Assembly (NCBI GenBank): GCA_964409035.1
Contig: CAYPBQ010000003.1
Span: 41,530 to 105,529 of the forward strand
DNA from: an uncultured Candidatus Saccharibacteria bacterium
Lineage (GTDB): Bacteria; Patescibacteriota; Minisyncoccia; Phycocordibacterales; UBA12088
Reading direction: 5' to 3'
Length of the DNA: 64,000 nucleotides
Position 1 is the first letter of the stretch, and each line of letters opens with the position of its first letter. The translations under genes and the position numbers were made by a program. Positions 30,098 through 38,620 of the stretch are shown piece after piece. The notes under the pieces are model-generated. The model saw nothing but the letters and a program-made list of their open reading frames with translations, had not been told where the DNA came from and ran no database searches.

Positions 30098-31921
30098 TTA
30101 TGCAGTAACGGCAGTCTTCCAAGTACTGATTACTGAAGGTATTTCATCTAACCATTTGCCTGCATTAGATACTGTGGAAGATTTTGTAACAATCTGCTCG
30201 TATAATTCTGACAACTGGTTGTGATTAAGAAAACCTCCTCGTTCCTTAATCGCAACAAGGGCTTTGAGTAATTCAATAAACTGACCAATCGAAATAGGGA
30301 TAATTTTTTGAGTTTTCCCCTCGTACTCATACTTAACCGATGTCCAGAAAGTGTTCACTGTATCTCTGTGAAGTTTTGGGGCAACGAATAGACAGTAGGA
30401 GGTCTTGTCGGCATTCTTATTTTCAAAATCCCTCAAGTGTCTCATTACCGGCTGTCCCTCGTTGTACCACTGGTCACGTCCAGTAAGCATGGTGACCTCG
30501 CAAATGGCATTATGCGATTCGTAATAGCATTCGATGTCAGGAGTATTTGCCGGTGCAGTAAATGTTGGTTCGTTGTCGTCACCAACTGGGTAATTTGGTT
30601 TTATCTGCAATGCGTCATTCAAAGCATTTAGTCCGAGTGAGATGTATTTTTCTAATGCTATAGGCTTATCTTCAGCTTCAAATATGTTTTCTAGGGCGGT
30701 GATATACTCTTTTATTTTCTCGACATCTTGCGAAGCATTATGATTTTCTTTGTCCTGCAAACTTCTACGATAGATACGAAGCTCTTCAACATAAGATTTA
30801 AGCTCGGTTTCAGACAAGGTTTGATATGTTAGTCGATGTGCTTGGCCTAAACCAAGTTTATTCTCGTACGCACTTATTTCCTCTATGAGCTTTTCAATAA
30901 TCTCGACAAACTTTTCTTTTGTCTCCCACGGTAGTTTTGGTTGGGTAATATCCGATACATAATTCAAGTACTCTTCCTTTGAAGTGAACACTTTTGCTTC
31001 AGAGCTGTCGTGTTGTAAAAGATTAGTTATCTCGACAGACCTTCGAGGTTCGAGGTCTATGTAGTAACCGTTGCCTCTGATATGAAAATACCTAGTTAAT
31101 CTAAAGTAACGTATAGCATTGTCGCCGTAATCATCAAGATTGCTAATCAATTTATTGACTTCCGTAGTATCATCAGTTCCAAGAAAAGCTATAGCAAAAT
31201 CACGACTGTAATTCTTCAGTATATCTTTCTTCTCTTGTTTACTTTTTCCATTCAACAAGTCTCGTAGAGCAATAATTTTATCCGCATAGGAACCGATGTC
31301 CCTGAAATGCACTAACGAAGGTACGAATAAATCAAACTCGTCCTTACTCAATCCTTTAGGCTCATTGCCACGCTCAACTTCTTTTCTATTTACCTGATCA
31401 ATCAAATGTAATGCACCGATAAATGGCTTAATGTTATAAGTTCCATCGTCTGAAAAATCATTACTGTCTGGGTTTGGAATCTGCCACTTAATAAAAAATC
31501 TGAAATAAACGTCTCCAATATCTATTTCGTTTTTTAGAAAAGCATTACCGAGGTCAGTTATTTTTATTTGACCAGAGGTTTGTTTTGCAACAGCTAACCC
31601 CATTTTAGTTAGCGGTGCTACTGATGTTCTTCCTCTTAAACCTTCATCACCACGAAGAACAGCAGAGCGACTTTTCATGTGTTCAAAAATCTCTTGAGCT
31701 TGCTCAAAAGTCATCTTATCTCCGGAAGTTTCGTAATATCCCAACAGTGCTTCTGATAGTCCTGTTGGTTGGTATAGTCGATTTTGAATTAGTAAAGTTT
31801 GGAACTTTACTTGCCCTGCTTCATCAAAAGATTCTCCGTCCATTTCTTTTAGGACATGGAGAAAAGGCAGTATTCTTTCGGGATTTCTTACAGTTGTTGA
31901 AAGTGACCAAGTTTTTTTCAT
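30098..31921 (-). CDS. AlwI-family type IIS restriction endonuclease
   Basis: N-terminal WSLSTTVRNPER, YGDNAIRYFRLT, catalytic PDIE..CEVTM, EGQPVMRH, LFVAP. Confidence 0.88.
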   Translation of the reverse strand: MKKTWSLSTTVRNPERILPFLHVLKEMDGESFDEAGQVKFQTLLIQNRLYQPTGLSEALLGYYETSGDKMTFEQAQEIFEHMKSRSAVLRGDEGLRGRTSVAPLTKMGLAVAKQTSGQIKITDLGNAFLKNEIDIGDVYFRFFIKWQIPNPDSNDFSDDGTYNIKPFIGALHLIDQVNRKEVERGNEPKGLSKDEFDLFVPSLVHFRDIGSYADKIIALRDLLNGKSKQEKKDILKNYSRDFAIAFLGTDDTTEVNKLISNLDDYGDNAIRYFRLTRYFHIRGNGYYIDLEPRRSVEITNLLQHDSSEAKVFTSKEEYLNYVSDITQPKLPWETKEKFVEIIEKLIEEISAYENKLGLGQAHRLTYQTLSETELKSYVEELRIYRRSLQDKENHNASQDVEKIKEYITALENIFEAEDKPIALEKYISLGLNALNDALQIKPNYPVGDDNEPTFTAPANTPDIECYYESHNAICEVTMLTGRDQWYNEGQPVMRHLRDFENKNADKTSYCLFVAPKLHRDTVNTFWTSVKYEYEGKTQKIIPISIGQFIELLKALVAIKERGGFLNHNQLSELYEQIVTKSSTVSNAGKWLDEIPSVISTWKTAVTA

Positions 31922-31923
31922 AG

Positions 31924-33588
31924 CTAATAATTCTTTGTTACCTTGCAATAAAAGACCCTCTCTGAATTACCAGAGGAATCGCTTTTGCCGGCAGTAAAAC
32001 CCTTATAATCTCGTTCGAATATCTCAACCTTGCCTCTCAATTTCAGGGTTTCGATTATGTACTTATCAGATATTGTAGCATTTGATCGGCCATTTTTCTT
32101 CTCTGCCGTATTGTTGTAGGAAAGGAGGATATGTTTAGTCTTTGCGTTAAGTATAAGGTCTCTAAAGGCCTCTGGAGCACTCTTTAGGCAGTATTTGCTC
32201 TTAATATGCGATCTATCTACCATCTTCTTTGCTACACCCAAAACAGAAGGCTTTTTCCAAGTAATTATATTTTCTAGAAGGTGGTAAGAATCTCCATATT
32301 GACGTGAGTTGTAAGGGGGGTCGATGTATAAAACATCACACTCAATTTTTCTAATGAGACTATTTGCGTCTTCTTTGTAAATCTCGTTTCTCTGGTTGTT
32401 TTGAGTGTTTATGTCAGGAACAAATAACTTTAATTCATTTGTTGTGTCGAGTGTTTTTCTGTATGCCTCATAATGGCCAACAGTATTCGCTACTTTATCT
32501 ATCGCATAAAGCAGTGAGGTTAAGAGTATTTGTTTTTCTTGTTCAGTTATATTCAGAGAATCAATTTCTTCTCTAATTGCTCCTATTTTCAGTGCATTCT
32601 TTCGGGTAAAGTATGTTCCTCCAAAGTTCTTTGAAACGTAATTATCTTTCCGTGGCTCAACATCATTTAGATAATCTATCAAGCTGTTCATTCGATCAAC
32701 ACTATATTCCTTTGTTCCTAACCAACACTGTAGACTTGTATAACTACTATCTAAAATATCATTAGAGATTAGTCTTACGTCAGGTCTATTGAAATGATTC
32801 CCAACAACCCCAGTTCCACTGAATATGTCACAAAAAGATTCATAGTTGGGACACTTATCAGCAACAATGTCTGAAATGAATCCAAGTAATTTTGATTTGT
32901 TTCCGAGAAAACGCCTGCTTTGAATCTGGAGTTTTCTCTTTGAAGCCTCACTTACTTTTGCTAGTGGGAAAAAATTTCCTCCGGTTACCAAATCAAATCT
33001 GCTTCTTACAACTCCAGTAAGTTTTCCTCTTATCTCTAAATCTCTAACAAAAATAGGTTGATAATCTCTGTTGGCCGGCTGAAGTCTATAGGAATTTCTT
33101 TCTCGAAAAATCCTCTTGAGTGTAGCCTTACCATCAATTACAGCTACTCCAATTTCACCATTGTCTACAGTTGGTTGTTCACGAATAACAACAATATCAC
33201 CATTAAAAATGTCAGCTTCCTGCATACTATGCCCTTGAACTCTTAAGGCGTAGTGATTCTGGCTTCTCGTAATGAACTCTCTTGGAACTTTTATGAGTTC
33301 AGGGTTTTCAAGAACTTCGATAGGTTCACCCGCAGAAATAAACCCAAGAAGAGGTATTTCAATAAAATTTTTATCATCAGAATTGATTTCAATAGATCGA
33401 GCAAAATTATCTTCCTTCTTAAGGAATCCTTTTTCAACCAAAGCTTGGATATGCTGATGGATAGTGGAGACTGCCGATAATTTTAATCCGGTTTTTATTT
33501 CTTCCAGAGTAGGAGGGTAATCTTTTTTCTCTATGAATCTCTCTATGAAATTTAATACTTGTTTTTGTTTTTTTGTTATAAGTTTCAT
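31924..33588 (-). CDS. LexA repressor fused to D12/Dam-class N6-adenine DNA methyltransferase
   Basis: aa 1-195 LexA (YPPTLEEI, ISAGEP, GHSM, TLKR); aa ~220-554 MTase (RRFLGNKSKL, DIFSGTG, YIDPPYNSRQY). Confidence 0.9.
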   Translation of the reverse strand: MKLITKKQKQVLNFIERFIEKKDYPPTLEEIKTGLKLSAVSTIHQHIQALVEKGFLKKEDNFARSIEINSDDKNFIEIPLLGFISAGEPIEVLENPELIKVPREFITRSQNHYALRVQGHSMQEADIFNGDIVVIREQPTVDNGEIGVAVIDGKATLKRIFRERNSYRLQPANRDYQPIFVRDLEIRGKLTGVVRSRFDLVTGGNFFPLAKVSEASKRKLQIQSRRFLGNKSKLLGFISDIVADKCPNYESFCDIFSGTGVVGNHFNRPDVRLISNDILDSSYTSLQCWLGTKEYSVDRMNSLIDYLNDVEPRKDNYVSKNFGGTYFTRKNALKIGAIREEIDSLNITEQEKQILLTSLLYAIDKVANTVGHYEAYRKTLDTTNELKLFVPDINTQNNQRNEIYKEDANSLIRKIECDVLYIDPPYNSRQYGDSYHLLENIITWKKPSVLGVAKKMVDRSHIKSKYCLKSAPEAFRDLILNAKTKHILLSYNNTAEKKNGRSNATISDKYIIETLKLRGKVEIFERDYKGFTAGKSDSSGNSERVFYCKVTKNY

Positions 33589-33589
33589 A

Positions 33590-33664
33590 GGTATACTTAC
33601 TCAAGTGTTACTTGAGTAAGTATACCGAAAATCTACCGAAAATGTTAGTAGGGGTTTATCCACA
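33590..33664. promoter_or_regulatory. Divergent promoter region with 17-bp-arm palindrome, 10-bp direct repeat and TTATCCACA box
   Basis: GGTATACTTACTCAAGT-GTT-ACTTGAGTAAGTATACC 33590-33626; TACCGAAAAT x2 at 33623 and 33634; TTATCCACA 33656-33664. Confidence 0.75.
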
Positions 33665-33689
33665 GAATCTGATATAATTGAAGTTATGA

Positions 33690-34076
33690 ATGGCTACGAA
33701 AAAAACCTCTGCAAATAAAGAACGTAAGTACAAGAAAACTCAAGAAACAATCAACATCATTCTTGAAGCAATCGGTCATGGACTTACTCAAAGAGAATCA
33801 GCTACTCTTGCCGGTATCAGTGAAGATACTCTTTCATTATGGAAACAAGATTCAGATTTTTCAGAACAAATTAGACAAAAACAAATCGAAAATAAGCTTC
33901 GGCATATAAAAGTTATCAATGAAGCTTCTAAAACCCACTGGACTGCAAGTGCTTGGTGGCTAGAAAGAAAGTATAAAGATGAATTTTCTCTAAAAACTAA
34001 ACTTGATGTAGAAACAAACGTACGTTTAAGCGAAATGACAGAGCAGATAAAAAAGATTCTAACCCCTTCAAAATAA
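33690..34076 (+). CDS. HTH protein resembling phage terminase small subunit
   Basis: GLTQRESATLAGISEDTLSLW HTH followed by WTASAWWLERK motif. Confidence 0.6.
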   Translation: MATKKTSANKERKYKKTQETINIILEAIGHGLTQRESATLAGISEDTLSLWKQDSDFSEQIRQKQIENKLRHIKVINEASKTHWTASAWWLERKYKDEFSLKTKLDVETNVRLSEMTEQIKKILTPSK

Positions 34077-34291
34077 GTTCATTTTTTGTTATTATGAATA
34101 TGTTCGAACAATCGAATAAAGACCTAACCCGATAGCTTTGCTAGCGATATGGTCGCCAAACCGTTCAGAGTAAAATGCTCCTAGTCAGAGCACTCTGAAC
34201 GGTCATATCTGGAAACAGGTATGGGTGACCCTCGGGTCATCGCTGGCTAGGAGCATTTTGCTACCTGCCTAAATAAAATCCGTTCAGATTT

Positions 34292-34696
34292 ATGGCAAAA
34301 AATAATTATATTGATCGCTATTATGCGATACCCTCGGACTTGCTCCACAACTGGAACAAAGACGACATTACCAAGTTATATGGTCGCCTCTCTTCTTCAG
34401 ATAAGACTGGAGAAATAAATATCTATTCGAATGAAATAGATTGGAAGGTTTGGCCAACTAACATTGCGTTGCTGTTGATGTTTGGAGGTGTTGGATTTTT
34501 ACTATCTTCTGCGAACTTCTACGTTGCTTTACTTACTGTTTTTATTTTTGCACCCTACTATCACTGGCGAAAAGTTATAGGAGTTATTTCATACCTAGAA
34601 GCTCCACGAGTACCTGCTGAATCAAAGCCTCTGTCAGAGATTGGCAAAGAGGCTCTGCATGACCATTTGGTTGAAACTGGTCAAATCAAAGAATAA
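34292..34696 (+). CDS. Hypothetical two-TM membrane protein
   Basis: 134-aa ORF with two hydrophobic helices. Confidence 0.7.
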   Translation: MAKNNYIDRYYAIPSDLLHNWNKDDITKLYGRLSSSDKTGEINIYSNEIDWKVWPTNIALLLMFGGVGFLLSSANFYVALLTVFIFAPYYHWRKVIGVISYLEAPRVPAESKPLSEIGKEALHDHLVETGQIKE

Positions 34697-34743
34697 ACCC
34701 ATTTGCGGTATAATGATAAGTGAGATCGTTTTAGGTCTTATTT

Positions 34744-35373
34744 ATGAAAAGGGAGTTCATAAAACGAATTGTATTGGAGACAATACAGAAAAAAGTTAGT
34801 GATACAGGCAGTGACAAAACTGTTGAAATTCGACTTACCCCTGATGACTTTTTAGATAGTTTTAGTAACCTACCAACCCTTTTCTTTTCTGATATTCCTG
34901 AAATTGTAATTGAACTAGAATCTGACACGCAAGGAAAAATAAGTTTGGTAAGCTCTTTTCCGGTCAAAACAGGCGACCCTCTTTTTTCATCTATTCCAGA
35001 CTACTACCGCATTGCTTATAACCCGAAAGCTATTCCCAAACAGATGTCTTCGGGGGATCCGCTCTTCTTCTATCTTTCTCGCAGTAAGGGTCTTTATCGT
35101 GCACCTATGGGAAAAATAGAAGAAATATACCCACTTAAAAGATCAGACCAGAGATTTTTGATACTAGAAAACCTTACGAATAAACGTCAGGAGACAGACA
35201 GTCTTGCGATGAAAGTCGGCACTACTTCTTCAAAGTTGAGACCACAAATTAAAGGCATCAAAGATCAAATCGAGAAGAGGTTCGCTGGAATTAAAGGAGA
35301 TACTTTTATTATAGGACAACAAGGTAACGGTTATAGGTTGGGTGATAAAATCACACTCAAAATAATAGAGTAA
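34744..35373 (+). CDS. Hypothetical protein with C-terminal OmpR-like winged-helix
   Basis: C-terminal helix-turn-helix and GQQGNGYRL wing. Confidence 0.65.
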   Translation: MKREFIKRIVLETIQKKVSDTGSDKTVEIRLTPDDFLDSFSNLPTLFFSDIPEIVIELESDTQGKISLVSSFPVKTGDPLFSSIPDYYRIAYNPKAIPKQMSSGDPLFFYLSRSKGLYRAPMGKIEEIYPLKRSDQRFLILENLTNKRQETDSLAMKVGTTSSKLRPQIKGIKDQIEKRFAGIKGDTFIIGQQGNGYRLGDKITLKIIE

Positions 35374-35409
35374 TCCAAGAGTAACTCACGTCTCTGTTTA
35401 TAACTTTGG

Positions 35410-35436
35410 AAACAGCTACAGAAATAGCTGTTTTTT
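35410..35436 (+). terminator. Intrinsic terminator
   Basis: AAACAGCTA-CAGAAA-TAGCTGTTT followed by a T run. Confidence 0.7.
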
Positions 35437-35496
35437 GTTGCATGAGTTTATCTAAATGCAATGTTTTTGTCTTTCCTTTTTCACTACGATTAGAGA

Positions 35497-35709
35497 ATGG
35501 AAGACGAGGTATTAAAAGTTGATTCAGAAGTAATTGATAACGACATCGTGTCGTTCTTTGACTTACTTGCGAAATTTGATTTCGAAGACCAACAAAAAGA
35601 TTCCTCGGTTTCTGTCATCGACCCTTCAGTTAAAACTCCCTCTGAAGGGTCGATGAGAATGACGGAGGACAATCCTGATAGTAAACCTGCTGTAAGTGCC
35701 ATCAGGTAA
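35497..35709 (+). CDS. Hypothetical acidic small protein (3' half overlaps a structured region)
   Basis: 70-aa ORF with IVSFFDLLAKFD helix. Confidence 0.45.
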   Translation: MEDEVLKVDSEVIDNDIVSFFDLLAKFDFEDQQKDSSVSVIDPSVKTPSEGSMRMTEDNPDSKPAVSAIR

Positions 35710-35958
35710 AACAACTTGGCTCTTAATAAACAATAAAGGAGCATTCAGGTGTTCTTGCGAAAGTTGGGAAAACGACTGACGACTTGTCGCCCAACCGTCT
35801 GAAGAGTATCGGAGTGCTTTAGGTTCAGATTGTCCTTTGAGGCAATGACAATGCTGACCACACTATCAGGTACATAAAGACTAACTAACTGCTTTGGGTA
35901 TATCAGAGGCAGAAGTCGGACTATGGGAGAAAATTATTAGTTAATAACAAATAACAAT

Positions 35959-36183
35959 ATGGAAAATGTAGATAAGGAAATTAGTTACGTTGTGAATATA
36001 GAGATGATTCAAGAGTTGGTCGATAAAAACTTTACAGGATCAGTGTCACAAGAAAAGATTCTTCAATTTATCGATGAAGAAAATAATGACCCTGAATTCT
36101 TTGAGGAAATAAGAGTTCACTTGATTGATGAACTCGCAAAGTTTCTCAAGCAAGATATGAAAAATAATCATTATTCGCTATAA
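35959..36183 (+). CDS. Hypothetical acidic small protein upstream of recombinase
   Basis: 74-aa ORF with AT-rich leader, co-oriented with the recombinase. Confidence 0.6.
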   Translation: MENVDKEISYVVNIEMIQELVDKNFTGSVSQEKILQFIDEENNDPEFFEEIRVHLIDELAKFLKQDMKNNHYSL

Positions 36184-36196
36184 TATAAATATAACT

Positions 36197-37747
36197 ATGA
36201 AATCTGTAATTTATTGTAGAGTTTCATCAAAAGAACAAGAAGAAACAGGATACTCACTTCCTGCTCAAGAAAAACTACTTACCGACTATGCAAACAGAAA
36301 AAACATTGAAGTGGCTAAAGTTTTCTCTGTGGCCGAATCAGCTAGTGGAGCAAAACAAAGAAAGATATTCGGTGAAATGATGGAGTACATTGAGAAGCAC
36401 GACATACCGGTGCTTCTTTGTGAGAAAGTAGATCGTCTAACTAGAAACCTCAAGGAGGCCGTTACCGCTAATGATTGGATTGAAGTAGACCCAAAAAGGC
36501 AGATTCATTTCGTAAAACAGAACCTTGTCATTCACTGGGGCTCAAAATCAGATGAGAAGTTTCGATGGGATATTGAAATCGTACTAGCAAAAAAGTTCAT
36601 CTCAAACCTTTCTGAAGAGGTAAAGAAAGGTCAAGAACAGAAGATTCGATCAGGTTGGTTGCCAACAAAACCACCCATTGGATATAAAACCATTGGAGAA
36701 AAAGGTCATAAGATTCACGTCATTGATCCTGAAAAGGCTCCATTCGTAAAAAAGCTTTTTGAGTATTATGCTTCAGGAAATTATTCAATGAAGAATGTCA
36801 TTGAAAAACTTTATGTTGAGGGATTCCGTACTCATGCCGGCGGTAAGCCAGTGAAAAGTAAGATTGAAGCTATGTTGAAAGACCCATTCTACTACGGAGC
36901 TATTCGTTGGAATGACGTGTTGTATACGACAGGCAAACATGAGCCTCTAATATCAAAAGAATTATTCGATAAAGTTCAAGATGTCCGCACTGGAAAGAAA
37001 GCTCTGAAATATACTCGACACATGTTTCAGTTTCGAAAGATGTTTACTTGTGCAGAGTGCAAAGGAACTATCACGGCCGAGATACAGAAAGGTACTGTTT
37101 ATTATCACTGCACACACTACAAAGGTTGCACACAGAAAAGATACACACCTGAAGAAGAAATGGAGCAAAAGCTTTTTGGGGTATTCAAGTTCTTTGAGAA
37201 CATTACTCCACGAGAAGCCGAACTTATAAAGGCAAAAATCAAGGCGAATCACGCTCAAGAGATTGAGTATAAGGAAAGCACTCTGAAGTCTCTCAACGAT
37301 CGCTATAATCAGCTACAGAAGCGATTAGACAACCTCTACAACGATCGACTTGATGAATCTATCACAATGGATTTCTGGCAAAAGAAACAGAAGGACATCA
37401 CTGATGAGCAGGCCGGTATACAAGAGCAAATCAAAAAACTAAAAAGTGAGGAAGCGAAGTACTTTGAGATTTGGTTGAACATTCTTGATCTGTCTCGAAG
37501 AGCTAGAGAAATCTATGAGAAAAGAACTCCAGAACAAAGGAGAATACTTTTGAGCCATATTTTTTCGAACTTGGTACTTTCTGACGAAACAGTGTTGTAT
37601 ACACTCAAGGCTCCGGTACAAAAGCTTGCAGAAAGAGTTCAACAACGTATTGACCTAGAAAAGACTTTCGAACTGAAGAAAAAGGTTGCTACTAAAAGAC
37701 AAAAAGGCACTTTCGTGCCTTCTCGTCCTGACTTGCTCCGCGGGTAG
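36197..37747 (+). CDS. Large serine recombinase (resolvase + recombinase + Zn-ribbon domains)
   Basis: YCRVSSKEQ catalytic Ser, EKVDRLTRN, PPIGY, HEPLISKELFDKVQ, CAEC..YYHC..C, coiled coil; 3' end runs into tRNA-Asn. Confidence 0.96.
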   Translation: MKSVIYCRVSSKEQEETGYSLPAQEKLLTDYANRKNIEVAKVFSVAESASGAKQRKIFGEMMEYIEKHDIPVLLCEKVDRLTRNLKEAVTANDWIEVDPKRQIHFVKQNLVIHWGSKSDEKFRWDIEIVLAKKFISNLSEEVKKGQEQKIRSGWLPTKPPIGYKTIGEKGHKIHVIDPEKAPFVKKLFEYYASGNYSMKNVIEKLYVEGFRTHAGGKPVKSKIEAMLKDPFYYGAIRWNDVLYTTGKHEPLISKELFDKVQDVRTGKKALKYTRHMFQFRKMFTCAECKGTITAEIQKGTVYYHCTHYKGCTQKRYTPEEEMEQKLFGVFKFFENITPREAELIKAKIKANHAQEIEYKESTLKSLNDRYNQLQKRLDNLYNDRLDESITMDFWQKKQKDITDEQAGIQEQIKKLKSEEAKYFEIWLNILDLSRRAREIYEKRTPEQRRILLSHIFSNLVLSDETVLYTLKAPVQKLAERVQQRIDLEKTFELKKKVATKRQKGTFVPSRPDLLRG

Positions 37748-37807
37748 GATTCGAACCTACGACCAAGCGATTAACAGTCGCCCGCTCTACCACTGAGCTA
37801 CCGCGGA
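37736..37807 (-). tRNA. tRNA-Asn(GTT), CCA not encoded
   Basis: TCCGCGG/CCGCGGA acceptor stem, G discriminator, CT-GTT-AA anticodon loop, GGTTCGAATCC T-arm. Confidence 0.96.
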
Positions 37808-37940
37808 ATATGGTGCACGTATCGAATAATACCCAAAAATGGTGGTGTATGCAATTGGTAATGATTACTGGGTAATTAAGTGCACTTTGGCTCATAACAC
37901 CTGATTTTTGACAGAATGGTATTAGGCGTATAATACCACT

Positions 37941-38120
37941 ATGAGAAATGCATTTGCGTTACTTGGGGTGGGGTTCATAATTATCATTGTTGCCACATAT
38001 ATTCTTTTCACCACGCCAGCAGAAGCTCCAGAAGGTGACAAAGCAACAAATACTTCTATCCACGCCACAAGCTCATCTCACACTAATACAGTTGAAGTGC
38101 GTGAGTCCATTACAAATTAG
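37941..38120 (+). CDS. Unannotated 59-aa single-TM protein
   Basis: MRNAFALLGVGFIIIIVATYILFTTPAEAP...; ATG 6 nt after TATAAT. Confidence 0.7.
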   Translation: MRNAFALLGVGFIIIIVATYILFTTPAEAPEGDKATNTSIHATSSSHTNTVEVRESITN

Positions 38121-38131
38121 TAACTATTACC

Positions 38132-38380
38132 ATGCTGACATTGTATACAAAAACAGGATGCCCATTTTGCGCGATGGTCTTAAAAAAGCTAGAAGAAGAT
38201 AACATACCATTTGTAGAAAAAAATATTGGCGAAGAAGCAGTTGCTGCTGAATTAATAGAAAAGGGTGGAAAGCGACAAGTACCATACATCATTGATGATG
38301 CTCGCGGTGTGGCTATGTATGAATCGGCAGATATTGTTAATTATCTTGGTGAGCATTACAGCAAAAAGGAAACTGAATAA
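38132..38380 (+). CDS. Glutaredoxin / GST-N domain protein
   Basis: GCPFC, QVPY, MYESADIVNYL. Confidence 0.92.
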   Translation: MLTLYTKTGCPFCAMVLKKLEEDNIPFVEKNIGEEAVAAELIEKGGKRQVPYIIDDARGVAMYESADIVNYLGEHYSKKETE

Positions 38381-38389
38381 TCGAAACTT

Positions 38390-38620
38390 GTGTACATAAA
38401 AGTAAAAGTGACAGCAGGATCAAAGAAAGAATCGATAAAGAAGGAACGTGAGAATGTGCTATCGATATATGTACAAGAAGATGCAAAAGGAAATAGGGCA
38501 AATACACGGGTGCTAGAGTTGGTTGCGCAAGTGTATGAAGTGCCAGTAGGTAGAGTGAGAATAATCAATGGTCATCATCATCCACACAAGTTGATTAGTA
38601 TTCAAGAAAATCAATTATGA
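38390..38620 (+). CDS. DUF167/YggU family protein
   Basis: IKVKVTAGSK, GNRAN, RIINGH. Confidence 0.85.
   Translation: MYIKVKVTAGSKKESIKKERENVLSIYVQEDAKGNRANTRVLELVAQVYEVPVGRVRIINGHHHPHKLISIQENQL

Larger units (their letters stand above)
29214..37738. mobile_element. Serine-recombinase integrative element at the 3' end of tRNA-Asn
   Basis: TTGCTC at both ends (29210-29215, 37733-37738); joining the ends creates the symmetric attP TCGTCCTG-ACTTGC-TC-GCTTGG-CAGGACGA; cargo is R-M, TerS-like and recombinase genes. Confidence 0.85.

Noticed and set aside
29210-37747. Complete prophage
   Set aside because: No capsid, portal, large terminase, tail or lysis genes
37692-37895. 67-aa minus-strand ORF
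   Set aside because: It is a translation of the tRNA-Asn gene
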